Shown here: piece after piece, positions 19,204 to 29,442 of the stretch | How the letters are laid out: every line of letters begins with the position of its first letter | Numbering within the stretch: position 1 is the first letter of the stretch | NCBI GenBank assembly: GCA_001563875.1 | Contig: LKMN01000001.1 | Coordinates: 1 to 64,000 of the forward strand | Direction of reading: 5' to 3' | Source of the DNA: Nanohaloarchaea archaeon B1-Br10_U2g1 | Lineage (GTDB): Archaea > Nanohalarchaeota > Nanosalinia > Nanosalinales > Nanosalinaceae | DNA length: 64,000 bases | Notes under the pieces: generated by a model | Databases searched by the model: none | Told to the model about the DNA's origin: nothing | The model's input: the letters and a program-made list of their open reading frames with translations, nothing else | Program-made: the position numbers and the translations under genes

Positions 19204-19259
19204 GTCAACAGTTTTCGGGACTGAAATGTTTAAACGGTTGGTATACTATCATTTAATTT

Positions 19260-19904
19260 ATGACAACGTTCGATTCTGCGGTGAATCTGTCATCTTTCGA
19301 AGAGTGTAGAAAAGAAGTTATACCTCGTAAGATTATGGGGAAGATACTGGAAGCAGGACGTCAAGCTCCTTCTCCAGGAAACGTCCAGTCGCTCGAGTTT
19401 GTAGTTGTTGAAGATGAAGACAGAAGATCTGCATTATCAGAGTCTGTTAATGATGGCCGTATTGCTGAGGCTCCAACAACAGTTATACTTCTAGCAGACC
19501 GTGATAGAATGTCCCGCCATGTGGGAGAAGATCTATCTCATGACTTCTGTAACGCTGAAGTTGCATGTGCTGTACAGAACATGAGGTTGGTTGCTGCAGA
19601 AGAAGCCATATCCTCTTGTTGGGTTGGAGGTTTCGATAAGTATGTTGTAGCCGATCAGTTCAGTATTCCTGATGGTAAAGAGCCTTTGTCTGTAGTGGCG
19701 TTTTGTTATACGGATGATCCTGTTGGTAGACCTCAGAAGTTTGGATTAAACAGCGTATGCTTCTATGAGGAATATGGAAACCAGGTTGGAAGTATCTTTG
19801 ACGGATTTGAGTTCAAGGGAGTTAGAGAAGTAAACGAGATTTACGGTAAAAAGACAAAAGGCTTAGTCGATAAAGTGATGCGCAAACTTAGGAAGTTTTT
19901 ATAA
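19260..19904 (+). CDS. Nitroreductase family protein
   Basis: AGRQAPSPGNVQ, AVQNMRLVA..SCWVGGF. Confidence 0.85.
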   Translation: MTTFDSAVNLSSFEECRKEVIPRKIMGKILEAGRQAPSPGNVQSLEFVVVEDEDRRSALSESVNDGRIAEAPTTVILLADRDRMSRHVGEDLSHDFCNAEVACAVQNMRLVAAEEAISSCWVGGFDKYVVADQFSIPDGKEPLSVVAFCYTDDPVGRPQKFGLNSVCFYEEYGNQVGSIFDGFEFKGVREVNEIYGKKTKGLVDKVMRKLRKFL

Positions 19905-20027
19905 ATATTCAGAATAAAGAATTATTTACCGGGCAATAGTAAACTTTTGGGCTCTTATTTGAGAGGGCCGGATAAGGTTTATAACTACCCGTAGAAAACG
20001 AATTGTTAAAGGATGGTGTAAAGAATA

Positions 20028-20846
20028 ATGGTTGCGAGTCAAGAGACGTTAGATAAGCTTGAAGATATAGGACTGAACATGTACGAAAGAAAAATTTACT
20101 CAGCTCTTCTAGGAAGAGGAGTATCGACTGCCGGAGAGCTGTCAGAGATGACAAATGTTCCAAGGTCGAGAGCTTACGATGTTCTAGAGTCTCTAGCGGA
20201 GAAAGGGTTTTCAGTTATCAAGTCCTCGCAGCCAATGGAATACGTAGCTATTCCGCCACAACAAGCAATCGAGAATATTAAAAAACAGCATCAGAAAGAT
20301 CTTGAAGAAAAGCTGAACAGGTTAGAGGGCTTCAAAGACTCTGAAGCGGTTAACGAACTAGAAGATCTATACGATCAAGGATTAGAACTTGTTGAACCTG
20401 AAGAAATGTCTGGATCACTAAAAGGAAGACATCAGATACAACAACACATGGGAACAATGTTCCAAGATGCAAATGAAAGCATCAAAATAGTAACATCTGA
20501 AAAAGGATTGAAGGATCTTCATAAGAACCATGCTAACTTTTTGAAGGAAGCGAAGGACAACGGAGTCAATGTAAAAGTACTAGCTCCGGTAACAGAAAAC
20601 AACAAGCGGGAGTTTAAAGAACTAAAAGACACGGCAGAAGTTAGGCATATAGAACACAAGGAGGAGTTTGACGTACCAGAAGGTAACTTCGCAGTTATAG
20701 ACAACGATGCATTAACAATGTCAATGACTCACGATGAAGTACATCAGACACAGGACACGGCTTTCTGGACCAAGAGCGGTCATATGGCAGATAATATGAT
20801 GGAGCCTGTTTTCGATATGCTCTGGCACCACTCGGAAAACCGGTAA
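20028..20846 (+). CDS. TrmB family transcriptional regulator
   Basis: GLNMYERKIY, VPRSRAYDVLESL wHTH plus C-terminal effector domain. Confidence 0.9.
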   Translation: MVASQETLDKLEDIGLNMYERKIYSALLGRGVSTAGELSEMTNVPRSRAYDVLESLAEKGFSVIKSSQPMEYVAIPPQQAIENIKKQHQKDLEEKLNRLEGFKDSEAVNELEDLYDQGLELVEPEEMSGSLKGRHQIQQHMGTMFQDANESIKIVTSEKGLKDLHKNHANFLKEAKDNGVNVKVLAPVTENNKREFKELKDTAEVRHIEHKEEFDVPEGNFAVIDNDALTMSMTHDEVHQTQDTAFWTKSGHMADNMMEPVFDMLWHHSENR

Positions 20847-20915
20847 CTCGTTTACTACTCTCTTAATTATTCTTTTTGATCCTGAAATAAATAGAAGAAA
20901 ATATGGGCTGAGTCT

Positions 20916-21794
20916 TTAACCCAGCCTAGAGGTTAGATGGAATTCTTGGAAAAACTGGTTGAATCCGGTATCCATCAAAAGTAGGTCAAGGAAGTTGAAC
21001 GGCTGATATGTCTCAACTCTGAAAGTCTCGAGATTCATTTCTGTTAGATTTTCCGCTTCTTCAACGGCTCTGTCTTGACCTCCTATCTCGTCTACCATGT
21101 TCAGTTCCTCAGCTTCTGATCCAAGCATGATTCTACCGGTTTCTACTTCTTCCAGTTCTTCGTCTGACATGTTCCTGCCTTCATCCACAGCTGTCAAGAA
21201 CTCTTTATGTACGTCGTCTACAAGGTCTTCAAGAATTTCCATGTCTTCCTCTGTAGCTTCTTGGAACGGAGAACCTGTTTCTTTATGCTCTCCGGCGGTT
21301 ACATTGACGTAACTGACTCCGTATTCTTCCATTAGGTCTGAAAACTCGAGGTATGAGCCTGTTACTCCAATGCTTCCGGTCATAGATGCCGAGTCTGATA
21401 CTATACTGTCGCAGCCTAGAGAGGCAAGATATGCTCCCGATGCGGCAACATCTCTAAATCTACATACAGTAGGTACTTCTGTAGATTCGATCGCGTCTTT
21501 GACTTCTTTTGAGGCAACAACTGATCCTCCTCCGGAATTCCACTCGTATATTATTGCATCGGCTCCTTGCTCAATAGCGTCATCATTCAGATCGTTCACC
21601 TGTTCAGGAGTTATGGTGTCAGCGCCGAATCCTGTGGAGCTAGGCGTTATCTGGCCTTCCATGCCTATCACTGCAACATCTCCGTCTTGAGAGACGTCCC
21701 AGCTGTCCCAGCTATTCCAGTTATCCCAGTTAATGAACGCTGAACTCAGTCCTGTCATCAATAAAATCGCCAGTAATATCGTGTATTTCTTCAT
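20916..21794 (-). CDS. sppA: Signal peptide peptidase SppA (S49)
   Basis: NSGGGS, AASGAY, TGSIGV; N-terminal signal or anchor. Confidence 0.9.
   Translation of the reverse strand: MKKYTILLAILLMTGLSSAFINWDNWNSWDSWDVSQDGDVAVIGMEGQITPSSTGFGADTITPEQVNDLNDDAIEQGADAIIYEWNSGGGSVVASKEVKDAIESTEVPTVCRFRDVAASGAYLASLGCDSIVSDSASMTGSIGVTGSYLEFSDLMEEYGVSYVNVTAGEHKETGSPFQEATEEDMEILEDLVDDVHKEFLTAVDEGRNMSDEELEEVETGRIMLGSEAEELNMVDEIGGQDRAVEEAENLTEMNLETFRVETYQPFNFLDLLLMDTGFNQFFQEFHLTSRLG
21697..21732. repeat. 4 x 9-bp imperfect tandem repeat inside sppA
   Basis: TCCCAGCTG TCCCAGCTA TTCCAGTTA TCCCAGTTA encoding NWDNWNSWDSWD. Confidence 0.8.
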
Positions 21795-21849
21795 ATAACG
21801 GTTTTAGTGGTTGTGTTTCTTTTTAACTTTTGATGCACATCTAGATGGT

Positions 21850-23427
21850 ATGACTGAACTAAAACATATATCAAGAACAATAATTGAACAGATAGAGGAA
21901 GACAAACTAGAGTCAAAAGATGAGATAGAGCAGAAGAAGAAACAGCTGTGTAGAGAAAGCTCGTTCAATGGGATGCCGAAGAACAGCGACATACTGAGGT
22001 TTGTTGGAGAAGATGAGAAGAAGGCTAAGAAACTTTTGAAGACCAAGCCTATGCGCACTATTTCTGGTATAGCAAATATTGCTATAATGGCGCGTCCTGC
22101 TCCGTGTGGAGGGGGATGTATATACTGTCCTAAAGGTAAAGATGCGCCTCAGAGCTATACTGGTAAGGAGCCAGCAACTCGTAGAGCCATAAGAAACCAG
22201 TATGATCCTTACGACCAGGTACATGACCGTCTGAACCAGTATGAGAAGAACGGTCACTCAATAGACAAGTCAAAACTGATAGTTATGGGAGGAACTTTTC
22301 CCTTCCAAGATCCGGATTACCAGAAACAGTTCTTGAAAGAGGCTTTCAACGGTTTTAACACGTACAGAGGAGAAAATAGTAAGGCAGAAACTCTGGAGGA
22401 AGCCAAGGAAATCAATGAGACTGCAGAAATTAGAAACGTAGGTGTAACATTCGAGACCCGTCCAGACATATGTGAAACCGAACATATAGATAGGATACTG
22501 AATATGGGAGGTACACGTGTTGAGATGGGAGTACAGACAGTCTTCGACGAGACACACAAGCTTACTAACAGAGGCCACGGAATGGATAAGGTTGTAGAAG
22601 CAACTAGAAAGCTTAAGAACGCCGGCTTCAAGGTTTGCTACCACTTGATGCTTGGGCTTCCTGGTGAAGGGTATGAAGAGGATATAGAGAAGTTCAAGGA
22701 AGTTTTTTCGAAAGAAGATTATCAGCCTGATGAAATAAAGATTTATCCGTGTGAGGTAATCCAGGGTACGGAGCTATATAGGAGGTATGAGGAAGGCGAA
22801 TTTGAGCCTATAGATGATGAAGAGGCTAAAGAGAGACTTAAACATATTCAAAAGAACATACTTCCTCCTCATGTTAGAGTGAAACGTGTTATGAGAGATA
22901 TACCTTCTACAGAAGTAGATGCGGGACCCCAACTGACTAATATGCGTCAAATGGCTCTGCAGGAGCTGCGTAAAGAAGGAGAGCGCTGTAGATGCATAAG
23001 ATGTAGGGAGGTAGGACATGTTAAAAGAACTCATGACCTCGAACCAGAAAAAGTAGAGCCTGTAGAGCGTGTCTATGATGCGTCAGGAGGCAAAGAGTAC
23101 TTCTTGAGCTATGAAGACCTAGAAAAAGATATTATACTTGGCTTCTTGCGTTTGAGAGCTCCTGAACAAAGCTTCCGTCCAGAGATAAATGATGATACTG
23201 CAATAGTAAGACAGCTAAAGGTAATGGGTAGCTCGACAGCTATAGGTAAAGACGGAGAGGTGCAACACCAAGGTTACGGCAAAAAACTGATGAGTGAGGC
23301 AGAAGAGAAAGCTAGAGAGCTTGGAAGAAGTAAGATAGCTGTTATATCCGCAGTGGGAACAAGAGAGTACTACAGAAAACTTGGTTATGAACTAGAAGGT
23401 CCTTATATGGTCAAGTATCTAGATTAG
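21850..23427 (+). CDS. elp3: Elp3 radical SAM/GNAT tRNA U34 modification enzyme
   Basis: CGGGCIYCP, PQSYTG, ETRPD, QHQGYGK, ISAVGTREYY. Confidence 0.95.
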   Translation: MTELKHISRTIIEQIEEDKLESKDEIEQKKKQLCRESSFNGMPKNSDILRFVGEDEKKAKKLLKTKPMRTISGIANIAIMARPAPCGGGCIYCPKGKDAPQSYTGKEPATRRAIRNQYDPYDQVHDRLNQYEKNGHSIDKSKLIVMGGTFPFQDPDYQKQFLKEAFNGFNTYRGENSKAETLEEAKEINETAEIRNVGVTFETRPDICETEHIDRILNMGGTRVEMGVQTVFDETHKLTNRGHGMDKVVEATRKLKNAGFKVCYHLMLGLPGEGYEEDIEKFKEVFSKEDYQPDEIKIYPCEVIQGTELYRRYEEGEFEPIDDEEAKERLKHIQKNILPPHVRVKRVMRDIPSTEVDAGPQLTNMRQMALQELRKEGERCRCIRCREVGHVKRTHDLEPEKVEPVERVYDASGGKEYFLSYEDLEKDIILGFLRLRAPEQSFRPEINDDTAIVRQLKVMGSSTAIGKDGEVQHQGYGKKLMSEAEEKARELGRSKIAVISAVGTREYYRKLGYELEGPYMVKYLD

Positions 23428-23474
23428 TATCAGGGTCTGCGATCGTTCTCTATCTGTTCTAAAATAAAAAGTGT

Positions 23475-23506
23475 TGGTCTCCCCTCCCCAGTTTTTGAGG
23501 AGACCA
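23475..23506. terminator. GC-rich hairpin between convergent genes
   Basis: TGGTCTCC...GGAGACCA inverted repeat; A-run on its left reads as a U-tract on the minus strand. Confidence 0.5.
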
Positions 23507-23515
23507 CTGATGAAT

Positions 23516-23797
23516 TCAGTTTGAATGGTTGTCTTTCAAGCTTTGCCACTTTTCCGAGAACTCGTCTTTCATATGTTGGAGTACTACTTTTTCCTCGTCG
23601 CTTAGTTCGTTAGATTCAACAATGTTTCTATAAATCTTGTATGGATGGGTTGGCACGTCTCTGTTCATGTTGTTCTTGAAGTCATTCTCGAATTTGTGCC
23701 TATGCTGTTCTACCATTTCTTGAAATTCGCCATTATCTTTCCATTCATCAGCGAGCTTCTCCTCAGTACTTTTACCGATGTCCCACAGGCTCGCCAT
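23516..23797 (-). CDS. Hypothetical protein
   Basis: 93-aa charged helical ORF. Confidence 0.65.
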   Translation of the reverse strand: MASLWDIGKSTEEKLADEWKDNGEFQEMVEQHRHKFENDFKNNMNRDVPTHPYKIYRNIVESNELSDEEKVVLQHMKDEFSEKWQSLKDNHSN

Positions 23798-23950
23798 ATA
23801 CTAGAACGATGTAAAGTAACTCTTTTTAACATTTTGCTTATAGAAGCTTTAGCTATGTAGAAAGGAGGCCTTATGTTGTTTTTAACATGTAATAACACAT
23901 CTTTGTGAGAAATTGTGATTTTATAAACGTGGTTTGTCTCTTAGGGTTTA

Positions 23951-24637
23951 ATGTCTAACGTTACAACAGTTTTAGGAAAGAGTTTGAGACTTCTTATCCG
24001 GCAACCTAGACTCTTTATTCCTAAGCTACTATCATCGCTTCTAGGCTCAATATGGTTTATAGGTGTTTTAACAGGATTATTTTCATTATATACCTTGGTT
24101 CTTTTTTTTGTTCCGGTATCTATAGCCGGAGTACTTGCTTCTTTGATGGTTGCAGCAATGGTGAGAGACGATGTTGGTTTAAAGAATAGCTTTCTCTCCA
24201 CTCTGAAAATGTGGCGTCAGGTGTTGTACACAGTTCTAACTTTTACGTTCTTAGGGTTTCTCCTGTCTTTACCTGTTTCAATAGGTCTTTTAACATATTT
24301 TACCTACAGCAATATAATTTTGCTCATACTTTTAGTCATATTTGCTCTTTTAATGTTGTTTGGAGTTGTCTTTACTACCTACTTTCTGCCTATAACATTA
24401 TTAGAAGAGAAAAGCTTCCTAAAAGGACTTGGCCAGTCATTTAAGGCCTCTAAATCACATTCAAAAGAAGTCGGTGTCCTAACTATGTTTTCATTTCTCC
24501 TCTTGGGACTTACATTCGCCTCCAATGAGTATCTAGAGCTTCTAGGATACGCAGGATTTGTGGCAGGAAGACTGCTCTCTGCCGTAGTTACAACCTACGT
24601 TTTTGTGGTTTCTCCAAAATACTATCTTGAGATCTAG
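23951..24637 (+). CDS. Multi-pass membrane protein
   Basis: About 6 hydrophobic segments. Confidence 0.7.
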   Translation: MSNVTTVLGKSLRLLIRQPRLFIPKLLSSLLGSIWFIGVLTGLFSLYTLVLFFVPVSIAGVLASLMVAAMVRDDVGLKNSFLSTLKMWRQVLYTVLTFTFLGFLLSLPVSIGLLTYFTYSNIILLILLVIFALLMLFGVVFTTYFLPITLLEEKSFLKGLGQSFKASKSHSKEVGVLTMFSFLLLGLTFASNEYLELLGYAGFVAGRLLSAVVTTYVFVVSPKYYLEI

Positions 24638-25203
24638 TTTCTAAGTGTCTCTACAAGCTCTTCTGCTGCCTTCTCAGCTCTTCCCTCACGGTTCTTGATT
24701 ACTTTCAGATAGGCTCCCGTTAGGACGGATCCTGCTGCCGCCATTTCTCGAGCCACTTTCCTGTACTCGTTTATACCGTCAACAGAACTGTGCTCCCGAT
24801 CTCTTTCAGCTTCCTCTGTACTTCGGGAGTATATTTCTTCTGCTGAAGCATCTAAGATAATAATTTTTGAAGGTTCAAGGTTCTCCACAGTCCATTTTGG
24901 CAGACCAGGAATATAGCCGTAAGGAGACTTAATAGCGGAGTGTGTATCTACAAGTACGTCCTGATCTTTCGAGTCTTCAACTATTGATTCTGCAGCGGCT
25001 CTTTGGATTCTCTTGTATGTAGAAACTTCCAATTCTTTCATCTCGTCACGGTGTTTAACAAGGTCTTCTTCTTTTGCTACTTCGACCATTCTATCTCCAT
25101 AGTTGATTACTTCATACTCTTCATCCGAGAGAAGCATGGCCTCCTCTATAACTGTTGATTTTCCTACTCCTGAAAGTCCTACTACAATATTTACCTCGCT
25201 CAA
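24634..25203 (-). CDS. adkA: Archaeal adenylate kinase
   Basis: GLSGVGKST, INYGD, VDTH, GYIPGLP. Confidence 0.93.
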   Translation of the reverse strand: MSEVNIVVGLSGVGKSTVIEEAMLLSDEEYEVINYGDRMVEVAKEEDLVKHRDEMKELEVSTYKRIQRAAAESIVEDSKDQDVLVDTHSAIKSPYGYIPGLPKWTVENLEPSKIIILDASAEEIYSRSTEEAERDREHSSVDGINEYRKVAREMAAAGSVLTGAYLKVIKNREGRAEKAAEELVETLRN

Positions 25204-25215
25204 ACCTGTTTCACC

Positions 25216-26556
25216 TTATTTATTTATATTGAGTTTGTCTCCTAAGTAATTTAACCATTCTTGATCTCTCAAGACTGGTTCAGAGAAACTGTAGTCTTCG
25301 ATTTTTTCAGCTACGTAGTGAGGTATACCTTTCTGTTCAAGCTCTTCCGAAAGAAACTGTTTCAGAAACTTTTTTGCATCAACAAACTCTCTGTCTGTCT
25401 TCGCGTAAACTCTATCCCCTTCGATGTAGGTGTTTTCATATTTTGATGTGAACTCTTTGAGATGTTCAAGCCCATGGAAGACGCTGGGACCTTTCACCCT
25501 CTCTACTTTAGGTAGCTCTCTATCCATCTCAAAGAATATTCTCGTCTTCTCGCCTACGTGGTAGCCTGACTTGTATATACGGAAATCTTTTTTCTTCAGC
25601 TCGTCTTCAAGACGTTTTAGGGTCTTACGCATCTGTGGATGGACTACGTCATCAACGGCTTCAGGGTTTTTAAACTCTAGAAGTACGAAGTTCTTCCGTT
25701 TTTCGATCTCCTGTTTAATCTCAAACTCTGTGTATTCTGTTTCATCTTCACGGAAAAACTTCATGCCAGGATCCTCTTGGAATCTCCAGCAAAGATAGAT
25801 AAAACGCGAGTAATTCTCTCGGGTTAGTACAGAGGCAACGTTTCGCTCCCTGTCAACAGGGTCTACAACGACTAAAGGCTCGTTTTCAAACCTCTTTTCA
25901 AGCTTCTGAGGAAGTTCGTCGTGGTGGTTTTCTGGGTCGATTATCTGACTGCTCCTCCATTTTAACGCATTTTCCACAAGTTCTTCAAAACTTCCATATT
26001 TCCCTATTAACACCTCGCACAGGTAACCTGAGAAGCCTTGAACCATCAAAGATGAGCCGTATATGCCTTCGGTTTGAAGGAATTTTTTGAGGATAACGAC
26101 GTCTTTTCTCTGTTCTTTGTCTAGATTTTTGTCGACCCATTTAGAGTGGTGTGGAGTTCTATCAACGCTGCTTTTTATGTTGTCTGGAGATGTTTTGTAG
26201 CAAGGCACTATTTCTGCTTCGTAACCATTTATTTCACCTTTCGTATAGGGGTGTTCTGCATACTCTACTTCGTGTTGTCCGTTGAACTCAGTGAAAACTG
26301 TTTTACCTACCTCTAGTCCTTGGTCTTCTAGTTTTCTTCTATCAACTTCTTTAGGGAAAAGCACAAATATGTCTATATCGTTGTCGTCGCTCATAGCAGT
26401 TCCCCTAGAAGCTGAGCCTGCGAAATGGGTCTCAAGACCGAATTCATCACTGATAAACTCCGATATCTTTTGATACTGTTTTCGAATACCTTCCAACTCT
26501 TTTTCTGAAGGGTATATATCATTGAGTACTTTCTCTCTCAGTCTTTCCCAGTTCAT
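25216..26556 (-). CDS. cca: CCA-adding enzyme (class I)
   Basis: GS..DNDIDIF, YAEHPY, VDRTPHH, GFSGYLCE, DPVDRERNVA. Confidence 0.96.
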   Translation of the reverse strand: MNWERLREKVLNDIYPSEKELEGIRKQYQKISEFISDEFGLETHFAGSASRGTAMSDDNDIDIFVLFPKEVDRRKLEDQGLEVGKTVFTEFNGQHEVEYAEHPYTKGEINGYEAEIVPCYKTSPDNIKSSVDRTPHHSKWVDKNLDKEQRKDVVILKKFLQTEGIYGSSLMVQGFSGYLCEVLIGKYGSFEELVENALKWRSSQIIDPENHHDELPQKLEKRFENEPLVVVDPVDRERNVASVLTRENYSRFIYLCWRFQEDPGMKFFREDETEYTEFEIKQEIEKRKNFVLLEFKNPEAVDDVVHPQMRKTLKRLEDELKKKDFRIYKSGYHVGEKTRIFFEMDRELPKVERVKGPSVFHGLEHLKEFTSKYENTYIEGDRVYAKTDREFVDAKKFLKQFLSEELEQKGIPHYVAEKIEDYSFSEPVLRDQEWLNYLGDKLNINK

Positions 26557-26649
26557 TATGATGCGGTTTACTCGTCGAAACCTATTAATCCTTCGAAAAC
26601 CAATATCCCAGAAACGTTTTTATTAAGCAGCACCATAGTTTTAATCTAT

Positions 26650-27060
26650 ATGTCTAGAAAAGGTGTTTCGCCACTTATCGCAGCAGTTCTGATAATAGCT
26701 TTCACGATGGCCATAGCCGGGGTATTCAGTGAGTGGTCTATAGATCTAGTAGACCAGAGTACTGGTGATGCAGGAGATCATCAAGAGGACATACTTGACT
26801 GCAGTGGGAATAACATAGAATTTTTGGAGGTTAATTACGACGGTGACGAACTAGAAGCTATGATACAGGCAAGCGGTGGAGAGCTTGGAGAAACTTTAGT
26901 TACCGTATATCCCTCGGTTGAGCAGAATGAAACTACTCTTGATGAGGACAGAGATATCGAGACCGTGAGAATAGATCTTTCAGATGTTGAAGAGGAACAA
27001 GAATCTGTTGAGGCTTCATCAATACCATGTGATATGACTAGCGAAATAGAACTTGAATAA
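26650..27060 (+). CDS. Archaeal type IV pilin-like protein
   Basis: Class III signal peptide RKG|VSPLIAAVLIIAFT. Confidence 0.85.
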   Translation: MSRKGVSPLIAAVLIIAFTMAIAGVFSEWSIDLVDQSTGDAGDHQEDILDCSGNNIEFLEVNYDGDELEAMIQASGGELGETLVTVYPSVEQNETTLDEDRDIETVRIDLSDVEEEQESVEASSIPCDMTSEIELE

Positions 27061-27117
27061 AGAGGACCCAAAGTTAGTTCGTGGAAATAAGAAATAGTTA
27101 GGGGGATGGTCAGGAAT

Positions 27118-27498
27118 CTATTTGACTCCCTTTACGAGCTTCCTGTCATCAATTTCCCAGAAGTCAATTTCTTCTCCTTCCGAAACATCAATGTCCTCTG
27201 GAAGCTGCATCTCTTCAGTCTGGTATGTGTCCATATCCATAACTTGAGCTATATCGCCGTCTTTTGAGACTATTTGTCCTACTTTCTTACTGATATCAGG
27301 ACTCATCATCATAGCGTCTCCTGGCTTTGTAATATGTCTATCTTTGTCGTCAAAGATACCGCGCGCTTTTATCTTGGCTTTTGCAGATCCGTGTTTGCCA
27401 GGACTGGACTTTGACACGCCTCTCACTTCACAAGGTTCATCATCTATTATAACATAGCTTCCTTTTCTAACGCTGGAAGCTTCTACTTGTTTAGGCAT
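27118..27498 (-). CDS. eif5a: Translation factor aIF5A
   Basis: SPGKHGSAK hypusine loop. Confidence 0.96.
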   Translation of the reverse strand: MPKQVEASSVRKGSYVIIDDEPCEVRGVSKSSPGKHGSAKAKIKARGIFDDKDRHITKPGDAMMMSPDISKKVGQIVSKDGDIAQVMDMDTYQTEEMQLPEDIDVSEGEEIDFWEIDDRKLVKGVK

Positions 27499-27505
27499 TA
27501 GAAGA

Positions 27506-27703
27506 TCACTGAGTTGCCATCTTCACGTCTGATCTCTTGACAGTTTTTCTCTCTGCATGATCCGCTACTCTTACAGCTTCTCTTGCAATATCTTCTCCTG
27601 CTTCCTCTACAGCTTCTTTAAGTTCTTCTACTGCGTCTTGGGAAACTCTTTCTGCTCCTGCTTTACGGATAATTCTTTCAATTGGTGCGTTAGGTAGACT
27701 CAT
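27506..27703 (-). CDS. Archaeal histone (HMf-like)
   Basis: [30 protein letters not shown]. Confidence 0.95.
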   Translation of the reverse strand: MSLPNAPIERIIRKAGAERVSQDAVEELKEAVEEAGEDIAREAVRVADHAERKTVKRSDVKMATQ

Positions 27704-27808
27704 TGTTAATCACATCTTTCAATACTCGAAACAGTTTTTAATATGAATCGGTTCCAAAACCAGAGGGTTACCGAAACGGTTTTCACGGTTGAACCGTTAG
27801 TAGATGTT

Positions 27809-28273
27809 ATGGTGTTCGTTGTAGATACTAACGTGCTTATTCATGGAAGAGGTAGCTTTCCATTTGATAAGGCGTATCTTGTTCCAGAAGTGCTTCAAGA
27901 AGTGAAGAGCGAGGCTGCCGAAAACATGATTGAAAATGTGGACTATGATTTAGTTGAGCCTTCTGAAGACTCTATTAGAAAGGTTGAAGAGAAGTCAGAG
28001 TCGTTGAATTCTCCTACTTCGCAGACAGATGAAAAGCTGCTAGCTCTAGCTATAGATAAAGGAGGAACGCTTTTAACCGATGATAAGGCATTACAAAATC
28101 TTGCGCTTCATATGCAGGCAGAGTTTAAGGGATTTATTGATGATCCGTTAGAGAAAAGGTTTGAATGGGTTATAGTCTGTAAAAACTGTGGTAACAGGTT
28201 TTCTGGTTCATCGTGCAGTATGTGTGGCTCCAGCGCCTCTAAGAGGAAACAAGTTCGCTATAATTCAAGATAA
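27809..28273 (+). CDS. nob1: Nob1-like PIN endonuclease with zinc ribbon
   Basis: VVDTNVLI, TDEKLLAL, LLTDDKALQN, CxxC..CxxC. Confidence 0.85.
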   Translation: MVFVVDTNVLIHGRGSFPFDKAYLVPEVLQEVKSEAAENMIENVDYDLVEPSEDSIRKVEEKSESLNSPTSQTDEKLLALAIDKGGTLLTDDKALQNLALHMQAEFKGFIDDPLEKRFEWVIVCKNCGNRFSGSSCSMCGSSASKRKQVRYNSR

Positions 28274-29267
28274 ACTCTTTACATAATATGAGCAGTACGG
28301 GTCCTAGCACTATCCCTTTCAGACCAAGAGTCAGAGGTCCTGCGATAAAACCGACAAATATTATTAAAGGATGTTCATTGAGCTGCTTAGCTCCTATGTA
28401 CGGTCTAAGGAATATTTCTGGGAGGATGTTAACAACTAAAGTTCCAAAACCAAGGATTAACGTACCTTTAACAGGCTCTCCAAAAAGCAGATAGTATAAT
28501 CCAAGAGGAGCGTAAACCATAAACCCTGCTATTACAGGAAGTAAGGCTGCAATCGCGATTACTAAAGCCCAGAAAAGTGTGAAAGCTATCGGAGAGGTAA
28601 CCAAGCCAATCAAGTAAAATCCTATACCTGTCATTATACCTATTATTACGGCTACGGTGAACTGTGTTAGGAATATTCCTCTGAATATTGAGTCTATAGA
28701 GGTAATTAATGTCTTCGCAATCTTCTGTTCCTCGTTAGGTAGGCTCTCTATTACGTGGAATGTTTTCCTCTTTATTTTTCCTCCGTCTTTGTAAAGGTAT
28801 ATCGCGGTGACCAAGTATATTCCTAGGTGCACCATCACCATTGGAATGGAGGCAAGGGTAGATCTCAGATAGTTTTCCAGCCCCACTGAAAGCGTCCCAA
28901 TAAATCCTATGACTTGGGCCCTGAAGTTCTCAGGTAGCTGAAGCAGCTCTACAATGTTATTCACGTTTTGCTGGAGGTCTTGAGCAAATATATTCAGAGA
29001 GTACAGGATGTCGTAAAAATTGTTTATGAAAAGGAACAACGCTATCAAGATAGTACCCATCACGGAGGATATGACTATTATGGAAGATAGTATGTCGTTC
29101 TTGAGTTTCTTGTTAAGCTTTTGGTGTGTAAACCTTAGTAGATAGGCTGTCGCCGCGCCTAGGATCAGCGAGTCAAGAAATGGATATACCACGAGCAAGC
29201 TTCCAAGGACAAGAAGAAAGGCCACCCCTAGTATTTCTCTTTTGAAACGTAGGTTTTCCTCGCCCAT
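28239..29267 (-). CDS. AI-2E family transporter
   Basis: Multi-TM; LRPYI, HPLIIFVGFIAG..GIVLGPVLL. Confidence 0.85.
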   Translation of the reverse strand: MGEENLRFKREILGVAFLLVLGSLLVVYPFLDSLILGAATAYLLRFTHQKLNKKLKNDILSSIIVISSVMGTILIALFLFINNFYDILYSLNIFAQDLQQNVNNIVELLQLPENFRAQVIGFIGTLSVGLENYLRSTLASIPMVMVHLGIYLVTAIYLYKDGGKIKRKTFHVIESLPNEEQKIAKTLITSIDSIFRGIFLTQFTVAVIIGIMTGIGFYLIGLVTSPIAFTLFWALVIAIAALLPVIAGFMVYAPLGLYYLLFGEPVKGTLILGFGTLVVNILPEIFLRPYIGAKQLNEHPLIIFVGFIAGPLTLGLKGIVLGPVLLILCKEFILNYSELVSS

Positions 29268-29442
29268 ATTATTCTTAGTGTGAGGGCCCCATAAATTACC
29301 ATCGACTAAATGTGTTGTTACGAATTGATGAAAAATCTGGGGAAAGATATATAAAAATTGTGGGTTCTTATTCAATACTGTAGTTCAAAGAAAACGAACA
29401 CAAACACTATTCCCAAATTGTAATTGGAGGTATAAAAATACT

